From Candidatus Latescibacterota bacterium (GTDB lineage Bacteria; Latescibacterota; UBA2968; GCA-2709665), in the NCBI GenBank assembly GCA_965237675.1, contig OZ250150.1, positions 2,656,001 to 2,720,000 on the forward strand: 64,000 bases of DNA, given 5' to 3'. The notes under the pieces were generated by a model that saw nothing but the letters and a program-made list of their open reading frames with translations, did no database searches and was not told the origin of the DNA. Position numbers and translations under genes: made by a program. This document shows positions 60,889-64,000 of this stretch, one piece after another (position 1 is the first letter of the stretch; every line of letters starts with the position of its first letter).

Positions 60889-63800
60889 ATGCAAAATCAC
60901 ATTCATCGTTCCATATGGCAACACGGTATGAGGGTTTTGTTCCTTGTGTCCATAGGTTTAATCTTCTGCCCACTTTTGGGCAGTTACGCCTATCCACAGG
61001 AAACGGGCGACGTACCGTTCTGCGAACCAATTGATCTCTCGCAGGTGCAGTCCGAGGGTTCCGAAGCCGCCGGCAAGCGGGCGTTCAGCCTGAACGCGGG
61101 CGATCCCCGTACGGTGCGGGTGATTTACTTTGTTCCCAATAACCGTTCGTTTTCCGTCACCGTGGAGGACTCCATAAAGAGGGCAGTCCGGCAGGTCCGA
61201 ACCTTTTTCGCCGAACAGATGAAGGCGCACGGATCTGGTCTCGATGTATTAAGAATTGAAACAGACGATAGTGGCGACCCACAGATCCATCGTGTCAGGG
61301 GACAGCACCCGAACGACCACTACGCCGACAATATGCACTCCGCTGTTTTTAGTGAGATCCGTCAGGATTACGACACCCAGGCGAACATCTATATTGCCTT
61401 CATCGACAATAGCCGAAGCTTTACACCGCGCGGAGGCAGAAACGCGAAAACCGGCGGCGAGGCGTCCCTGCGCGTAGATTTCGACTGGCAGACGGTGGCG
61501 CATGAACTGGGACACGGGTTTGGCCTACACCACGATTTTCGCAATAATGCGTACGTCATGTCATATGGCGCTGAACCGGACAGTCTTTCCGCAATGGCTG
61601 CAGAATTCCTTTCCGTGCATCCATACTTCAATCCTGGGATTGCGACTGAATGGACGGCTAGTCCCGACGTCGAACTCATTTCGTCACGTAAATTTCCACC
61701 GAACACGGAAGACATTTCCCTTCAATTCAAGGTGGCGGATACTGACGGGCTTCACCAATTGATCCTGTTTGCTACGACGCCACTCATTAACTGGGGTGGG
61801 GGATTTCCGGAAGTGAAGGCGTGGCGCGGAATGGCGCAGCAGGGAAATGCCGTCGTCGACTTCGAGTACGAACGAGATCCCGTGGGGATGATACAAAACC
61901 CTGATTTGGAAAAGATCCATATCAGCGCGCTCGACACGGATGGTAATTTCAGGCAGACATCGTTCAACCTCGTAAGTGTTTCGCCATATCATTACGCCTC
62001 ACTCGAGGGGCATACGCACTGGGTCTTCAGCGTGTTGTTCTCGCCGGACGGAAGGGTCGTGGCTTCCGGTTCATACGATAAAACGATGCGGCTCTGGGAC
62101 GTCGCCACGGGCAAGACTCTTTCCACCTTTTCATATGCAAGCTCAATCGTTTCAATGGCGTTTTCGCCCGACGGGACGACCATCGCTTCCGGGCTAGACG
62201 ATGGAAATGTCCTACTATCGGACGTTGCGACGGGCAAACACATCACGACACTCCAGGGGCATACGGATGACGTCCGGTCATTGGCGTTTTCGCCCGATGG
62301 ATCCACGCTCGCTTCCGGGTCATACGACAACTCCATCAAGCTGTGGGAGGTTGTTACCGGTGAGACCATCGCCACACTCAAGGTCCATTCGGGCGGGGGC
62401 ACCTCGACGTTTTTCTCTCCGGAGGTTCTGTTCTCCCCGACTGGAAAGGTACTTGCTTCGAGGACCGGGGACAACAACGTGAGGCTCTGGGACGCGGTGA
62501 CCGGCACGAGCCTCGCCACGCTTCCGCATCCAAATCCAGTCTCTTCGGTGTCTTTTTCGCCCGACGGGACGACTCTCGCTTCCGGGGCGGACGATAACAA
62601 CGTCCGCCTGTGGGCGGTTGTGACAGGAGAACTCATCGACACTTTTAAGGGGCACGCGCGGGCAGTCTCTTCGGTGTCTTTTTCGCCCGACGGGAAGATT
62701 CTAGCCTCGGGGTCATTCGACAACACAGTCAGGCTATGGCGAGCAGATGAGGGAATGGCCATCGCCACATTGCGGGGTCATGAAGGTGGGGTCACCAGGT
62801 TGTTGTTTTCGCCTGATGGAACGCTCCTGGCTACAGCGGCTTCGGACCATACTGTGAAGGTATGGGACGTTACCACAGGCGCGAGTCTCGCTACCTTTCG
62901 ACATACACAAACGGCCGCTTCAGTATCGTTTTCACCGGATGGGAGATTCCTCGCTACTTCGGATGACAAGACGGTCGAGCTATGGGATACGTCCACGTGG
63001 ACCCTGCCGCGCGCGCAGACCGTGACGATCATTTCAGGCGACAACCAGGAGGGCGCACCCGGTCGTGCATTGGCGAACCCATTGATCGTGGAAGTGCGAG
63101 ATCAATTCGGTGAGCCCATATCGGGTGCGCAGGTCACGTTTTTGATCATTGGAGGTGATGGAAGTTTCAGCAGCGGATTCACGACCGAGCATGCAACAAC
63201 CGGACCCGACGGTATTGCGCAGGTCCTCCTCACACTGGGTCCTAATCCCGGTCCCAACACTGTCAGGGCATCCATCGCCGAACTCGTAGTGGAAACCTTC
63301 AACGCCTTGGGTCATGGGTCCCCGGTCATAGACGATGACGCCTTCGACTATTCGAGGTTGCATCTGCCGCGCGGGGCCTCCCTGCGTCTGGGAAATGGCG
63401 CCATTGGCGAAAGCGACAGGGCGGTTGCCTTCTCTCCTGACGGCAAGCAACTTGCCGTGGCAAGCGGTATTGGCACCTGGCTCTTCGCCGTAGATGAACC
63501 TGAAAAAGGCACGCTGCTGCCCTCAGATGTCGTCCATTCAGTGTCCTTTTCACCGGACGGCAAAACGCTCGTCTCATCCGGAGGGTGGCGCAGGGAAGGA
63601 GAGGTCAGGCTGTGGGACGTGGCAACGGAAACCTATACCCGCATACCCATGCACGAGGGTAACTGGACTGATCTATTGTTATCACCGGACGGAAGAACCC
63701 TCGCCTACCCCGGAGGCGTGACCCTTAGATTACGGGATGTGACGGCGGGCACTGACGCGTCGATCCTGGGGACGTATGGAGCGTTTGTGAATCATCCTAC

Positions 63801-64000
63801 ATGTCTGACGTTTTCTCCGGATGGAGCCACCGTCGCTTCCGGGCACCACGACGGGACAATCAGGCTGTGGGATGTCGCGACGCAAAACATTACCTCCACC
63901 CTGGAGGGTCATCGTCGATATATCGACTCCGTGACCTTTTCTTCAGACGGGAGAACCCTCGCGTCGGCCTCCGCTGACGGTACGGTCAAGTTGTGGGACG
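60889..64000 (+). CDS. Secreted metalloprotease + WD40 protein paralogue 3, 3'-partial (missing from the ORF track because no stop in window)
   Basis: ATG 60889 MQNHIH..VLFLVSIGLIFCPLLGSYAYPQETGDVPFCEP; same frame at the window end; AHELGHGFGLHH; collinear with paralogue 2. Confidence 0.88.
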   Translation, partial: MQNHIHRSIWQHGMRVLFLVSIGLIFCPLLGSYAYPQETGDVPFCEPIDLSQVQSEGSEAAGKRAFSLNAGDPRTVRVIYFVPNNRSFSVTVEDSIKRAVRQVRTFFAEQMKAHGSGLDVLRIETDDSGDPQIHRVRGQHPNDHYADNMHSAVFSEIRQDYDTQANIYIAFIDNSRSFTPRGGRNAKTGGEASLRVDFDWQTVAHELGHGFGLHHDFRNNAYVMSYGAEPDSLSAMAAEFLSVHPYFNPGIATEWTASPDVELISSRKFPPNTEDISLQFKVADTDGLHQLILFATTPLINWGGGFPEVKAWRGMAQQGNAVVDFEYERDPVGMIQNPDLEKIHISALDTDGNFRQTSFNLVSVSPYHYASLEGHTHWVFSVLFSPDGRVVASGSYDKTMRLWDVATGKTLSTFSYASSIVSMAFSPDGTTIASGLDDGNVLLSDVATGKHITTLQGHTDDVRSLAFSPDGSTLASGSYDNSIKLWEVVTGETIATLKVHSGGGTSTFFSPEVLFSPTGKVLASRTGDNNVRLWDAVTGTSLATLPHPNPVSSVSFSPDGTTLASGADDNNVRLWAVVTGELIDTFKGHARAVSSVSFSPDGKILASGSFDNTVRLWRADEGMAIATLRGHEGGVTRLLFSPDGTLLATAASDHTVKVWDVTTGASLATFRHTQTAASVSFSPDGRFLATSDDKTVELWDTSTWTLPRAQTVTIISGDNQEGAPGRALANPLIVEVRDQFGEPISGAQVTFLIIGGDGSFSSGFTTEHATTGPDGIAQVLLTLGPNPGPNTVRASIAELVVETFNALGHGSPVIDDDAFDYSRLHLPRGASLRLGNGAIGESDRAVAFSPDGKQLAVASGIGTWLFAVDEPEKGTLLPSDVVHSVSFSPDGKTLVSSGGWRREGEVRLWDVATETYTRIPMHEGNWTDLLLSPDGRTLAYPGGVTLRLRDVTAGTDASILGTYGAFVNHPTCLTFSPDGATVASGHHDGTIRLWDVATQNITSTLEGHRRYIDSVTFSSDGRTLASASADGTVKLWD

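Overview
GC-rich diderm bacterial DNA in two parts. (1) 1-28 kb is mostly intact metabolic and transport genes. It starts with a co-oriented cluster: PQQ-type beta-propellers, HemN-like radical SAM, TonB receptor, PaaK-like CoA ligase, flavin-dependent halogenase-like enzyme, GT4, thioesterase and ABC transporter. Then come a TAXI-TRAP transporter, a PIN/RHH toxin-antitoxin pair, carboxyltransferase, CoA-transferase, lactonase, PhyH, isomerase and HAD genes, with REP/MITE-like repeats between them. (2) 28-64 kb is an accessory region bracketed in part by a duplicated HAD 3' half. It opens with nested mobile elements. An IS1380 carries a group II intron inserted exactly after its left terminal repeat. 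That intron's catalytic domain V is itself split by a second, ORF-deleted group II intron whose EBS1 matches domain V. An IS256 sits in the IS1380 transposase. After a decayed Type ISP-like R-M gene come five large secreted eukaryote-like repeat proteins: a Calx-beta-like adhesin, an IS256-split LRR-metalloprotease and three tandem WD40 paralogues. Each one whose relevant end is visible carries the same dockerin/EF-hand-like tag. This content resembles marine-sponge symbionts (Latescibacterota/Gemmatimonadota-like), which is an inference only. No rRNA, tRNA or CRISPR was seen.
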